A stretch of 64,000 bases of DNA from assembly GCA_036785375.1 (NCBI GenBank), contig JAWMAR010001091.1, forward strand, positions 310,001 to 374,000, in the 5' to 3' direction. Source of the DNA: Leucoraja ocellata. Lineage: Eukaryota. The position numbers were made by a program, and so were the translations under genes. Position 1 is the first letter of the stretch, and each line of letters starts with the position of its first letter. Below, piece after piece: positions 11,793 to 23,087 of this stretch. Below the pieces are notes generated by a model. That model had not been told where the DNA came from. It made no database searches and saw nothing but the letters and a program-made list of their open reading frames with translations.

Positions 11793-14700
11793 ATGTTTTT
11801 TGTAGCTCACATCCACAGGAAACATTGATCACTGTGCAGAAGGGTATGATATTTCTTCATGGAATGCAATGGCTAACCACAGGGCCAGATGGTGTTGGGG
11901 ACGGAGCTTAATTGACCTTGACTGAAAAGCTGGGACAAGTTACAAATCATTACTACGTATTAACATAATCTGAAAGAGCAAAGGTAATGTTAGAGCACAT
12001 ACTGAAGGACTTGAGTTCCTCCACTTCCGACTGTAGCTCAAGATGTCTTAAAGCACATTTTACACCCAATGAAGTCTTTCTATACGTGGGCATTATTATA
12101 ATGTAAGAAACATGCCTGGTGATTTATGCTGTAAAAATTGCTGCCATTTGGAGTCTATTTATATTATTTCCAAAAGTTCATTTGAGTAGATGTTAGACCC
12201 TTGACTGCTGCCAAGCTGTTCATGATGAAGAAGAAAAGATCATAAATATTACTTTCAAGATCAATTCTTTAAATATTTGTCAGATTTATGGCATAATTCC
12301 CACTCTAGAGATGTTTAAAACATCTTGTGAGATTGTTTCCTCAGTGTTTGATCATGCAACAAGCACAACTAAGAGCAAACCCAAGGTAAACACAAAGTGT
12401 TGGAGAAACTCAGTGGGCCAGCACTTTGTGTCTATCTTGAGTGTAAACCAGCTTCTGCAGTTCCTTTCCACATCTAAGAGTGAACCTATCTGAATTTGGT
12501 CTTATTACGCTGATATAATCCAAAGCAATCCCTTAAAGCTAAAAGGCTTGAATAAAAAGGCAGTAAACAGATGTGGCAACTGCTTGTGAAAGGGAAATGT
12601 TATCCAAATGAGAAGATTTTGTTTATTGAAGCGATCTAACATATTGTGTATGCTCATCTTACAAATGGTGTTGGCCTGTTTTCGGAAACAGACAAACACC
12701 GTTAGATTTGGTGGATTCACTCTGACGTCAATCTGAGACAGTTAACACGCCTGTAATTGAGCCATAATGATGTGTGTATAAACTGATCAAATGGAGGGCA
12801 GGCTGCATGACTGGCCAACAAGACCAAGAGTTGATTCAATCTGTCTTTGAATGTGTTCTTAATTCAGCAGGAATACACAAATGAAAGACATCTTTTTCAA
12901 TAGTCCAATTCCACTTCTGAGTTCATTACAACATGTAAAATAACAATGGTTCAATTATGCTTTTATTGTCATTTGTGTGAAGAGCAAATACACAGTGAGA
13001 TTATTTCTTTACAAACAGTCCAATAGAGTATTGCCAAACCTACGCACATCTCCAATTAGCAACTTGTACTGATCCTCCATGCAAGAGGCAAATACAGAAC
13101 AAATACTGTTTAATAACCTTCTCTGAGCGATCCTGAATATTGTTCACAATACTAATAACTAGAGTCTGTCAGTGGAACAAAATTGTAACTATGATAATTT
13201 TTTTTGTTTTAATGCTAAGATGATTCTAAATATACTTAACCAGTTACTATCACTGACTGTTCTTTGCCATTTCCCACTGTGAAAATCTATTAAAATAAGA
13301 ATTTAAAAGTAAGAATGTTAAAAGATAAATTTATTGTTGGAAATATCAATGAGGGCTACAGTAGGCATGGTAAGATTAGTCGCTGCTTAAATCAATTGTA
13401 TAATTAATGCCATATAACATTGAGTTTTTTATGACAACTTCAAGAACTAAGTGCCCAGGATTTATGACTGAATGATCTACTATTTTACCAATGTGCACAC
13501 ATAATGAGTCTCTCAGAGTTAATTTGGATATTTTGGATCCCCATTCAAGAAAATTGCCCTGAACGTTAGGATCCAAGTATGTTTTGCTCAGAGTATTACA
13601 ATCAAAGCAAAATCTGAAAAGAAAATTTCAACCAAAGAGTTCCATCCAGAGATTAATCCAAATTCTACATTTATTAGTGAAACATTAAGAGTGATGTACA
13701 TGTTCTTTGGTTCTTTAGATCTCCATTATGCCTCCTCATTTCTCCTAATCAACCTTGTTTTTTCTCAAGTCAGCCAATTACTTGTACCCACTTTTTTAAC
13801 ATTACTCCACCACCGCCCCTCTCATACATCCCAATGTCACAAGTTTGTGAGTGGTTCCATATTTTTAAAATTATAAACAATTAACATAAACCAAAACTAA
13901 ATATTAAATCAGGATATAGTCTGTTTCCTGGTGCTTACGTTGGAGATAATGGTAGAGGCAGGGTAGCCATTAGGAGCAGCTGCTAAGAATAAGAAAAATA
14001 TTTCCTAATAGACCTTTCCCAGAAATTACTATGTTGTTTTTTTTTAAACTTTTAACCATCTATAAATGTTCTGAGCAAGACTCATTCTGTGCAATTGGGA
14101 GACCCCAATTGCCAAGCCTATATGTGATGATTAAAATATGCATTGTGTTTCCCTTTGAGAAAGAGAATTAAAGCAAAAAGGGTGAAACAGCAAAAAAGAA
14201 CATCTTATGATTCAGCACAAGTAACCAGTCTTTCAATTTTGAAGAATCACTGTTCATATTTTTCTCTCTCCCAGCTTCATTACAGTTCAGATACAACATG
14301 GATGACTTGGTACCTGATATTTGCAATGTGGTAAAGGAACTACCACCTCGAAAACTACCACCTCCTGTGATTGAGGTACATTCACTGTTTCGGGAGCCTT
14401 TCTTGAACAGTAGGGCTTTGTGGATAAAGGGCAGAGTTGTTGTGGCAGGGGACTAGTTCCAACTTACTGGCATTTGCGTGAACATCAAGTCAAAAGGATG
14501 GAAGGTTAAGATACTGGCAAGTTCAGGATGCCCTGTGAAAGCCCACACATTACACAAGATAAAAAGGAGAGAAATCTGGCATAAAAAACATTTTGCTCTG
14601 TAAAACAAAACAATATATATTCTGTTAGCAACATTGGACAACACCGAAACTCGTCTGTGTTGCTATTTATGGGAGAGCGGAGGGTGCAGTGGAGTTTAAA

Positions 14701-15344
14701 ACTATGAAGAGTTGATTTTGTGGTGGATTTCATTGTAAGGACTTCTGAAACCTATTGGACAAAATATAATAAGAAATAAGCAAAATATTTTTGGTTGCAG
14801 GTTTGTTCAGCACTCATTTAAAAATAGGTCTGAGATTTCCAGCCTAGCTTTGGATTTGTGCATATTCTGTAGACTGTTTATTTGCTGAAATACATAAAAT
14901 TATGAGAGTCATAGACGGGGTAGACAGTCAGAACCTTTTTCTCTGTTTGGAAAAATTAAATACTAGAGGGCACAGCTTTAAGGTGAGAGGGGAAAAGTTG
15001 TATCCTTTGACAGCCACCTTCATGGTCTGCAACTCCACAAATGTTGATATCGTCTGCAAACTTAGTAATCAACCCATCTACATTCATATCAAACAATGAG
15101 GTACCAGTGCTGATCCCTGCAGAACACCACTGGACATAGACCTCCAGCCAGAACTGTCCTGTATGCTATGTCGAAGCCAGTTCTGAATACAGACTGCCAT
15201 GTCACCTCTACATCCTAATCTTCTGGATCAGCCTACCATGAGAGAACCAACTGCCATGCTGACCCTTGTATAGACAACATCTATTGCCTACTCTCATCGA
15301 TCACCTCTGTCATCGTCTCAAAAAAAGAATTGAGTTTGCAAGAC

Positions 15345-15542
15345 AAGAACGGCCTCAGTCCCCCTGCTGCCTCCTCCCATCCCCCAGCCTTCAGGCTCCT
15401 CCTCCTTTTTCCTTTCTTGTCCCCGCCCACCCCCGCCCCCGATCAGTCTGAAGAAGGGTTTCGGCCCGAAACGTTGCCTATTTCCTTCGCTCCATAGATG
15501 CTGCTGCACCCGCTGAGTTTCTCCAGCTTTTTTGTGTACCTT
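15345..15542 (+). mobile_element. Young Penelope pLTR element (UUCG subfamily) inserted in a CR1 fragment
   Basis: CTGAAGA-A-GGGT-TTCG-GCCC-GAAA-CGTT at 15448-15475. Nearly identical to the copies at 39451, 52013 and 62930. Confidence 0.8.
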
Positions 15543-15740
15543 GCATAAAGTTATCCTGACTGTCCCTAATTAGCCTTTTTTCACCTAAATGTGAGTAAAG
15601 CCTATGTTGGATTTCCAGCTTCTGGAGTTTATTGATTTCCATTGTGATAAAAGCATGCCATTTCCGTGTATTGACAACACCATGTCAGCCAGTGAGTCGG
15701 AAGTGGTTGTTGTGAGACATAATAGAACTAACAGCAAGTA

Positions 15741-16350
15741 CAATGGCGCAGTGGTAGAGCTGCTGCCTCACAGTGCCAGAGACCCAAGTTCAATCCTGAC
15801 TACGGGTGCTGTCCTATAGTTTAGTTTGGAGATACAATAGTTTAGTTTGGAGATACAGCGCGGAAACAGGCCCTTTCAGCCCACTGGGTCCGCTCTGACC
15901 AGCAATCCCCGCACATTAACACTAGGGACGATTTTTACATTCACCGAGCCAATTAACCTACATACCTGTACGTCTTTATGTGGGAGGAAACCGAAGATCT
16001 CGGAGAAAGCCCACGCAGGTCACGGGGAAAACGTACAAACTCCGTACAGACAGCACCTGTAGTCAGGATCGAACCTGGGTCTCCGGCGCTGCATTAGCTG
16101 TAAGGCAGTAACTCTACCGCTACGCCACCGTATCGGTCCGGAGTTTGTACCCTCTCCCCTGTAATCATGTGAGTTTTCTCTGGGTGCTCTGGTTTCCTCC
16201 CACATTCCAAAGGCGTGCAGGTTTGTAGGTTAATTGACTTCTGTAAATCGCCTCTAGTGTGTAGGATGTGAAAGTGGGATTATACAGAACTAGTGGTCGA
16301 TGTTCGATGTGGGCACGAACGGGCTGTTTCATGCTGTATCTCTAAACTAA
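15741..16350. mobile_element. Plus-strand SINE interrupted by an antisense copy of the same SINE family (about 15818-16130)
   Basis: The head ggcgcagtggtagagctgctgcc...ggtgctgtc breaks at about 15815 and resumes at about 16135 (cggagtttgtacc). Confidence 0.8.
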
Positions 16351-17683
16351 AGCAAACCATCCATTGTTTAGCAACTTTAATTTACACAGACAGAGTGGAA
16401 ATTCCAGGAACTTCCGTAAGTAGCAAGTGTAACCTCTCCAGTAAAATGCAATATGGACGATAGTTACAGAGGATATAAAGCAACTGGGAATACAGCAAAT
16501 GGCAGAACTGAGGGAGGAAAAAAGAGATCTCAGAGAGTCATACAGCTGGAACAGTTTACAGTGAAAGACAAATGCCCTGGTAGTTTCCAGCCTTCTCTTA
16601 AAATTACCTGAACAGGCATTGTTGAATATTATGTCTGAAAGACAACCGTAAACTAAGTGGCATGCTTCCAATGGAAAAACCTGGAACACCTCAGCGGTTA
16701 GGTAACCTCTAAAAGAGAATTTCAAAATGAGTGGAGCAGATCTTGCTGGTCTGGTCTTCCCAGCTTGGATCACCACGCATGGTCACTCCATGCCCCTATT
16801 TCAGTCTACATGGCTGGCCCACCTTGATGGCCCAAAGCAAGACTCCAGTGGTACAAACTACAGGAGCAGGACTCTGTCATACACTCATACACACTCCGTC
16901 CCTGAATCTGCCCTGAAATATTTAGTCCTGGAAAGGCTTTAAATCATTTCAGAATCATTTAGAAACATAGAAATTAGGTGTAGGAGTAGGCCATTTCTCC
17001 AGTTCTGTTTGCCCTTTTTTTAGAAACAAGGAACTGCAGTTGCTGCTTTGTACCAACAACAGACACAAAGTGCCCGAGTAACTCAACGGGTCAGGTTTGG
17101 GTCAAAATATCACCCATTCTTTTTCTCCAGAAATGCTGCCTGACCAGCTGAGTTACTCCAGCATTTCATGCCTATCACAGCGAAATAGCTGATAATGCAA
17201 ATGAGATGTGTTCTTGCGGTCATTAAATATGTTCCACCTTCTACAGCCAGGTCTTTGGGGCAACTCCCTCACAATTAACCTCTTTGACAACCTCCTATTG
17301 GTACGTCATGTTCAGATCCAGAGGGGTTCATCAGCGTACAGGGCCACTCCTCTGGCCTCCCCGCCCCTTTAACACAGATTTTAAGGTGTAAGTGAGGTGG
17401 CCACTGCTTTGTTTAGCTCGAGGTGGACACTTTGCAATGCCCCCCCAACAGCAATCACCAACACCTTAAAGAGCTCGGTGATAACTGTGCCAGTTACATG
17501 CAGCTGGGATTAGAAATTCTGCAATTATCAGCAATGGCAGAAATGGTGAAATCATTCCAGAAAGGCGTGAACGTGAGATTTTGGACACAAGATTCATGTA
17601 CAGGTACCAATTTATCAGTGGAACAAACTGACCTTGGTTTTCTATCACCTCTGACACTCATGACATTTATATCACCATTTCAG

Positions 17684-17717
17684 TGAGCGATTTTTAGCCC
17701 AGGAACTCTTATATAAG
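17684..17717 (+). CDS. Candidate short upstream FAM227B exon
   Basis: accatttcag|T GAG CGA TTT TTA GCC CAG GAA CTC TTA TAT AAG|gttcgt (ERFLAQELLYK) ends in phase 0, as the 17896 exon requires. A possible preceding exon at 17504-17603 ends in phase 2. No recognisable homology. Confidence 0.3.
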
Positions 17718-17895
17718 GTTCGTAATGGAGTTTAAGCAGAATTGAAGCAATATAAAGAATATAATTTGTTTTGAGGGTGATGCACTATTTGTTAAACTGA
17801 AAGCTCCTCCAATACTGTAATTTCCTGAAAAGAAACAAAAATCATTAAATGGTGTATATTAATTAACTAGTAATATTCACTCTTTGCCTTTACAG

Positions 17896-18056
17896 TCAGC
17901 CTACGCTGGTCGAGGCCCAGAATTCAAACACATTCGCCTCAGGCTTTCTGGTCGCAGCCCCCTGGTCGCTCACTTCCTCAACATGAAGAAGGTGCAGGGT
18001 AGAAGTTTGGGCACCGTCGGAACAACACTGAAACACAAGGAAATTTCCAAACAGCC
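17896..18056 (+). CDS. FAM227B: FAM227B-like coding exon
   Basis: SAYAGRGPEFKHIRLRLSGRSPLVAHFLNMKKVQGRSLGTVGTTLKHKEISKQ(P) resembles recalled human FAM227B SHYSSTGPEFNRVLFNFGGQSPLILYYLKM...KIFQEP. Acceptor ctttacag|TCA, followed by the U12 donor ATATCCTTT. Convergent with GALK2 as in mammals. Confidence 0.85.
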
Positions 18057-18767
18057 ATATCCTTTCATTGTATCGAGTCTGAATGTCTTTCTAACAAAAT
18101 ATTGCCTTTACCCCAAATCGGATGGAAAGTTCAATTTTATGCACTAGTAATATTGGGCCAAGTTGGGCACAATCTGATGATCAAAGTTGTTAAAAAAAAA
18201 AAAGCAATTCAAAAGGATTTATCCTTTTATAATTACTAAAAACAGTTACACATTTCTTGTGAGAGGAATAGATTGGGCAGATGCCCAGAGTAAGTAAATT
18301 GAGGACCAGAGGACATAGGTTTAAGGTGAGGAGAAAAGATTTAATAGAAATCTGAGGGGCAACTTTTTCACATAAAGGTTGGTGGGCCTAGCAACATTTA
18401 AGAAACTGTTAGACAGGTACATAGATAGGATTGGTTTTGAGGGATACGAGCCAAACGCAGGCTGGTAGGTAGGACTTGTGTAGCCGGGATATGTTGGCCA
18501 GTGTAGGCAAGTTGGGCCGAAGGGCCTGTTTCCACGCTGTATCACTCTATGACTCTATATACAATTCAGTGATAAAAGTAAATTAAATCATTTAAGATTA
18601 AGTAAAATGAAACACACCTGGTATTACACATTTACATTTTTGATTAGGTAAGCAAACCAATTTGAAATGTTGGGTTTGCAGAACCATGGGTGGTATACAG
18701 CTGAGGGGCTGAATAAATCCGGCCTCTCACTTCAGTTTGTTTGGGGTCTGACCTCAGTCTCAAAGGT

Positions 18768-19028
18768 TTTAGTTTTAAAGATACAGCGTGGAAACAAGTG
18801 TTTCAGCCGATCATTGATCATCCGCGTAGTTGTTCTAAGTTATCCCAGTGTTGCATCCTACACGAGGAGGAATTTTACAGGAGCCAATTAACCTACAAAC
18901 CTGCACGTCTTTGGAATGTGGGAGGAAACCGGAGCACCCGGAGAAAACCCACGCAGTCACAGGGAGAACGTGCAAACTCCATACAGACAGCACCCATGGT
19001 CAGGATTGAACCCGGGTCTCTGGCACTC
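18768..19028 (-). mobile_element. tRNA-derived SINE truncated by a MITE insertion
   Basis: The SINE body ends at ...ctctggcactc|TAA, followed by the MITE terminal repeat. Confidence 0.75.
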
Positions 19029-19031
19029 TAA

Positions 19032-19166
19032 TGCCCCTGTCCCACTTAGGAAACCTGAAAGGAAACCTCTGGAGACTTTGCGCCCCACCCAAGGTTTCCG
19101 TGCGGTTCCCGGAGGTTGCAGGTAGTGGAAGCAGGTAAGGAGACTGACAAAAACCTCCGGGAACCT
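19032..19166. mobile_element. Truncated MITE (left TIR only)
   Basis: TAA-tgcccctgtcccactt..., with an internal inverted repeat ggttcccggaggtt / aacctccgggaacc. Confidence 0.65.
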
Positions 19167-20987
19167 GGTTGTGCCACCCAGGTCAAGCAGTAAATAAAGA
19201 GGGAGATTAAAAGCATTGGTGTCAGGCCTCCAGCTGCTCTCTTGATTTCTATGCTGCACAGTTCAAGCAAGCATGTCGGAGATGAGCTGATCTACAAAGA
19301 GAGCATTACCAGCAGGACTCCACAGAGCCTCAGTAGTTCTAAACATATACAGAATTACGTGGCCAATATCTATTTATGCGTGTTCTACCCATATAGATTT
19401 AGATGGAACACATTTGAAATATAACCGATACAAAATAATTTAAAAGGTAGGATTCTAAAAAGTATAAACAAACAACTTAATTGATATAAATATTTGAGGG
19501 ATATAATGGGTGACTATTTTGAGTTTTCATAAGTTTTGTTTCCATATTGACATCCCCATTCAACTATAAGATTAATAAGTGACTGTAAAGATAATGCAGC
19601 TCTTAAAAATAATTAGGACATAAGACATTAATTTGTTAAATTAGCTTCTTTGACATGCACATCAGACTTAAAATAGGAAATGCAGATTCACAAAATGCAG
19701 ATAAACTTTAGATGCATTTATCCTAGTAATGCTAATCTGTCAACTTTTGGTAACGTGGACTTTGTTCTGTACATGAATTGCTTTAAAAATAATAGTTGAA
19801 AATATCATGGCTGAATTTGGAGATTTTCATAATTTTCCGAAACATCATTATGTTGAATGTCGCTGGAGGAAATGAGGAAAAGTACTTTGTAGCCATGTTG
19901 CCTTGTACCCAACTACATCTGTGGTCCCCTGACACCAAGGAGGCATCGTAGTTTACATATTAAACTAATGTCTTTCGGAACTAAAGATCATCTTAATTAG
20001 TATTATCCTTCCTAAATGTGTAATTGCTTCCAGCAGACAGGTTTGCCAGATAGTCAGATCAAATCAAAGTTTAGATGGTTTCCCAAGGCAGTGTCTTCAT
20101 TCAAATCATCATCTTTGTTATCTTCATTGCATCACCTCTCGTTGTTTGGCAAAATATTCCCAGCAGATAATTTACAACAGTTTACACAAAATTTAACCAT
20201 ATCAAACATGCAAGCCTCGTGCAGAAAGAAAATGACTGGCATGTAATCTTTCAAACTTTATATGGTCTAAAGTCCAATGGCAAGGGTCATTTAAATGCAA
20301 TATAAACATTTATGTTTTATCCAAGAGCATGGTGCTCATTTTTCTAAAAATGAAACTCAACAGTTAACAGTGCTTTACTGTCCAGTCTTATTAAAACTGC
20401 TTCTGACATTTTCAAGCTTTACAAAGCAACTTCTGTCATCTTTATGTAAGATTGGTTAAGGAAAGGCTGATGCCTAAACAAAATAAAATACCACAGAGTG
20501 AGATTAGATATGGTGATTACTGTATATTTAGTGGATTGTTTGGAAGTAATCTTCAAATTCAGCAAAAAATTAAAAGATGTCAATCTGGTGCAGTGACTTG
20601 TCATTCAAGTTTATACATCAGAGTGTTTATGTTCCTTCCAACAGCAATCTTTTTTTTCGTGCAAAGATTGATGCTTATTTACTTGGGCACAACTGACTTG
20701 TTGGTTGAGATTTTTGAGATGGGAATCCTTGGGCAAGATAAGTTTCTGTTGTTGAAGTGGGGTGCTGCCGTATTAATGTTCAAAGGAATGTAGGAAAAGG
20801 GGGACACCAGTTGGCCTTTTAGACCAGCTCCCCAGATGTGTACTGCATGTTGGCTCTTGCTTGGCTGTTAAGAACAGCTGTGTCTTTAACATCTGGATGC
20901 TTGTCTGCTAGTTCCTTGGTTCAAAACAGAGAATGTGCCATTGTCTATCTTGTGCACTATCTGCAGATAAATACACTTACATTTATT

Positions 20988-21206
20988 TGGAGATGCAAGG
21001 AACTGCGGATGCTGGAATCTAGAGTAAAACACACAGTAGGGTAGTATCTCAGCAGGTCAGGCAGCATCTCTGGAGGATGTGAATGGGTGCAGTTTTGGAT
21101 CGAGACCTTTCTTCAGACTAAAGAAGGGTCTTGACCGAATCTCCGCCCAGCCATGTCTTGCAGAGATGCTGCCTGACTCGCTGAGTTACTCCAGCACTTT
21201 GTTTTG
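20988..21206. mobile_element. Fold-back Penelope pLTR element inside the U12 intron
   Basis: Inverted arms joined at cttcagactaaagaagggtc. Confidence 0.7.
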
Positions 21207-22607
21207 CCATAAACCTCTTGATATTGTAAGACTTGGCACAGCATTTGTAAGATTGTATGTGTTTTGAATATGCCTAGTGAGGGCAATGCTAACTGCAAAG
21301 AGAGCAAAAGAAACTGAATACCTCCAAACCGGGTCTTGCATTGACAAGTAACAGCCTTGACAGTATTAATGGCTTTCTTCAATTGCTTTCTAGTTGACTT
21401 GGTGCTGAAGTGGAGCCATCTATTTGGCCACATTACAGCCATGATTACTTGTGTGTAATTTTACAAAATGGAACCCAAGCTTGAGCACATTTTCTATTTA
21501 CCTACCAAGTTATACCCAACAAGGAAATGAGGGAATCCAAGGCCACTTTCTCACGTATCAAGTGGTCTCATTGTTTTCTTCTTCACCTTACCATAAGCTA
21601 ATGCACTATTGAAACGAGGATCTCTCAGAATCCTAGACCCTTGTATTCAATGTTGACGTAGGAAATTCAGTGAGAGCCAAATATAAAATCAGCTAAGTAT
21701 CTCATTATACAGTGCTAAGATCTGGTACTACATTGAAGAAAATGTTTAACTTTCATTGTTATTTGGTCCAGTCAGGAATATTTAGACTATTTAATACCAG
21801 GTAGTTATGAATGAGATATTTAACTAGGTGATAGTTTCAATGTGTCTGTTCTTTCTCATCAGGTATTGAATTAAAACCAAAATAAGATTTGGAATTTAGA
21901 TTTCTTCATTAATCTAAAAATAATCTAACATCCATGTTTTATCTGGATAATACAACTTCATTAAGAGGACTATTAACAAAATGTGTTTTAATGGTTATTA
22001 AATGGAAAAATACATTTACTTGTTGAAAAATATTGTGAAAAAACATATTTCTAAAAAAGCATTTCACTTTAAGACCATTATTGGAACAGAGTGGCTCAGT
22101 GTTCAATGGACATTTGTGGGGGGGGGGGGGGGAAACACTTAATAGTAATGGTGTTGCTGTACCAATCTGACTTGTATTTAAAGATTATTCTTTGTTTCAC
22201 CTTTCCATCAACCTAAACCATTAATCTATAATTTGTTGGTGGGCTGTCATGGTGGTATGAACTTGTGGAAAGTAACGTACAGCTTGAGGTTGGCCTGCAG
22301 CATGAGTCTAATTTAGTCCTCAATTTAAGTTTTTAATTAATTTGGCGGTGATTAAGCTTCCAATACTAAGCCTTGACCTTTAATGATGCTGTGTTCATTA
22401 TCTCAAGAGATTTCAAAATTATGTTGACTAGCATTTGGACCCCATTTGAAAACATTTGCCCATGTTATTTTTGGCACTGTTTGTTACCTTGTCCTATGTC
22501 TTTAAGCATGAAACTCTAAGATTAATGAGACAACATAATGAATCAATTACTGTCGTAGGACACTAAATAGTCCTTAAATGTTTTAACTTTAACTGAAGTC
22601 AATGCAC

Positions 22608-22685
22608 AGCGCTCCATCCAACCTACCTCGAAGTTATCAAAGAAGCTGAGACTTTCAGCAAAGTTCTGCTACAGAAAAACATTGA
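22608..22685 (+). CDS. FAM227B: FAM227B-like coding exon
   Basis: ALHPTYLEVIKEAETFSKVLLQKNI(D) versus recalled human LPAPTYRDVIKEAKRQF. Donor GA|gtaagt. 78 nt, phase 2-2. Confidence 0.85.
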
Positions 22686-23012
22686 GTAAGTTAACAAATC
22701 ATCACTTATTTTGATTTAAGGCTACATTAGACATAAAATAAAACAGCATGGAAACAGGCCCTTCTGTACAACATCTCCATGCCGACCAAGTTGCCCCATC
22801 TAAGCTAGTCTCATTTGCCGCTGTTTGGCCCATATCTCTCTAAACGTTTTTTATTCATGTACCTGTCCAAATGTCTTTTAAATGTTGTTATGGTGTCTGC
22901 CTCCTCTGGCAGCTCTTCCCATTTACCTTTCACCCTCTTATGAGAAATCTCGTGATCCATATTTTAAAGAATATTATTGCTGTTAATCAGTGGGCTCTCT
23001 TCATCCTTATAG

Positions 23013-23087
23013 TGTACATGAGCAAACCAAGAAGGAAGTTGCAAAAATAAAGTGGGACCAGAAGCAGTTTAACAAAAGAATTGACAG
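23013..23087 (+). CDS. FAM227B: FAM227B-like coding exon (coiled-coil-like)
   Basis: ctcttcatccttatag|T GTA CAT GAG..., giving VHEQTKKEVAKIKWDQKQFNKRID(R). Donor AG|gtttgt. 75 nt, phase 2-2, in frame with the previous exon. Confidence 0.7.

Larger units (their letters stand above)
18057..22607 (+). other. U12-type (minor spliceosome) AT-AC intron in FAM227B
   Basis: 5' end ATATCCTTT. Branch-point-like CTTTAAC at 22587-22593 and TCCTTAAA at 22571-22578. 3' end ...AATGCAC. The AT-AC join keeps the frame (KQP-ALHPTY); the neighbouring AG at 22608-22609 does not. Confidence 0.85.

Noticed and set aside
15741-15815. tRNA-like sequence with A/B boxes
   Set aside because: It is the head of a SINE, not a tRNA gene.
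16342-16776. 144-aa minus-strand ORF and exon-like plus-strand sequence at about 16390-16610
   Set aside because: No recognisable homology, and the plus-strand frames contain stops.
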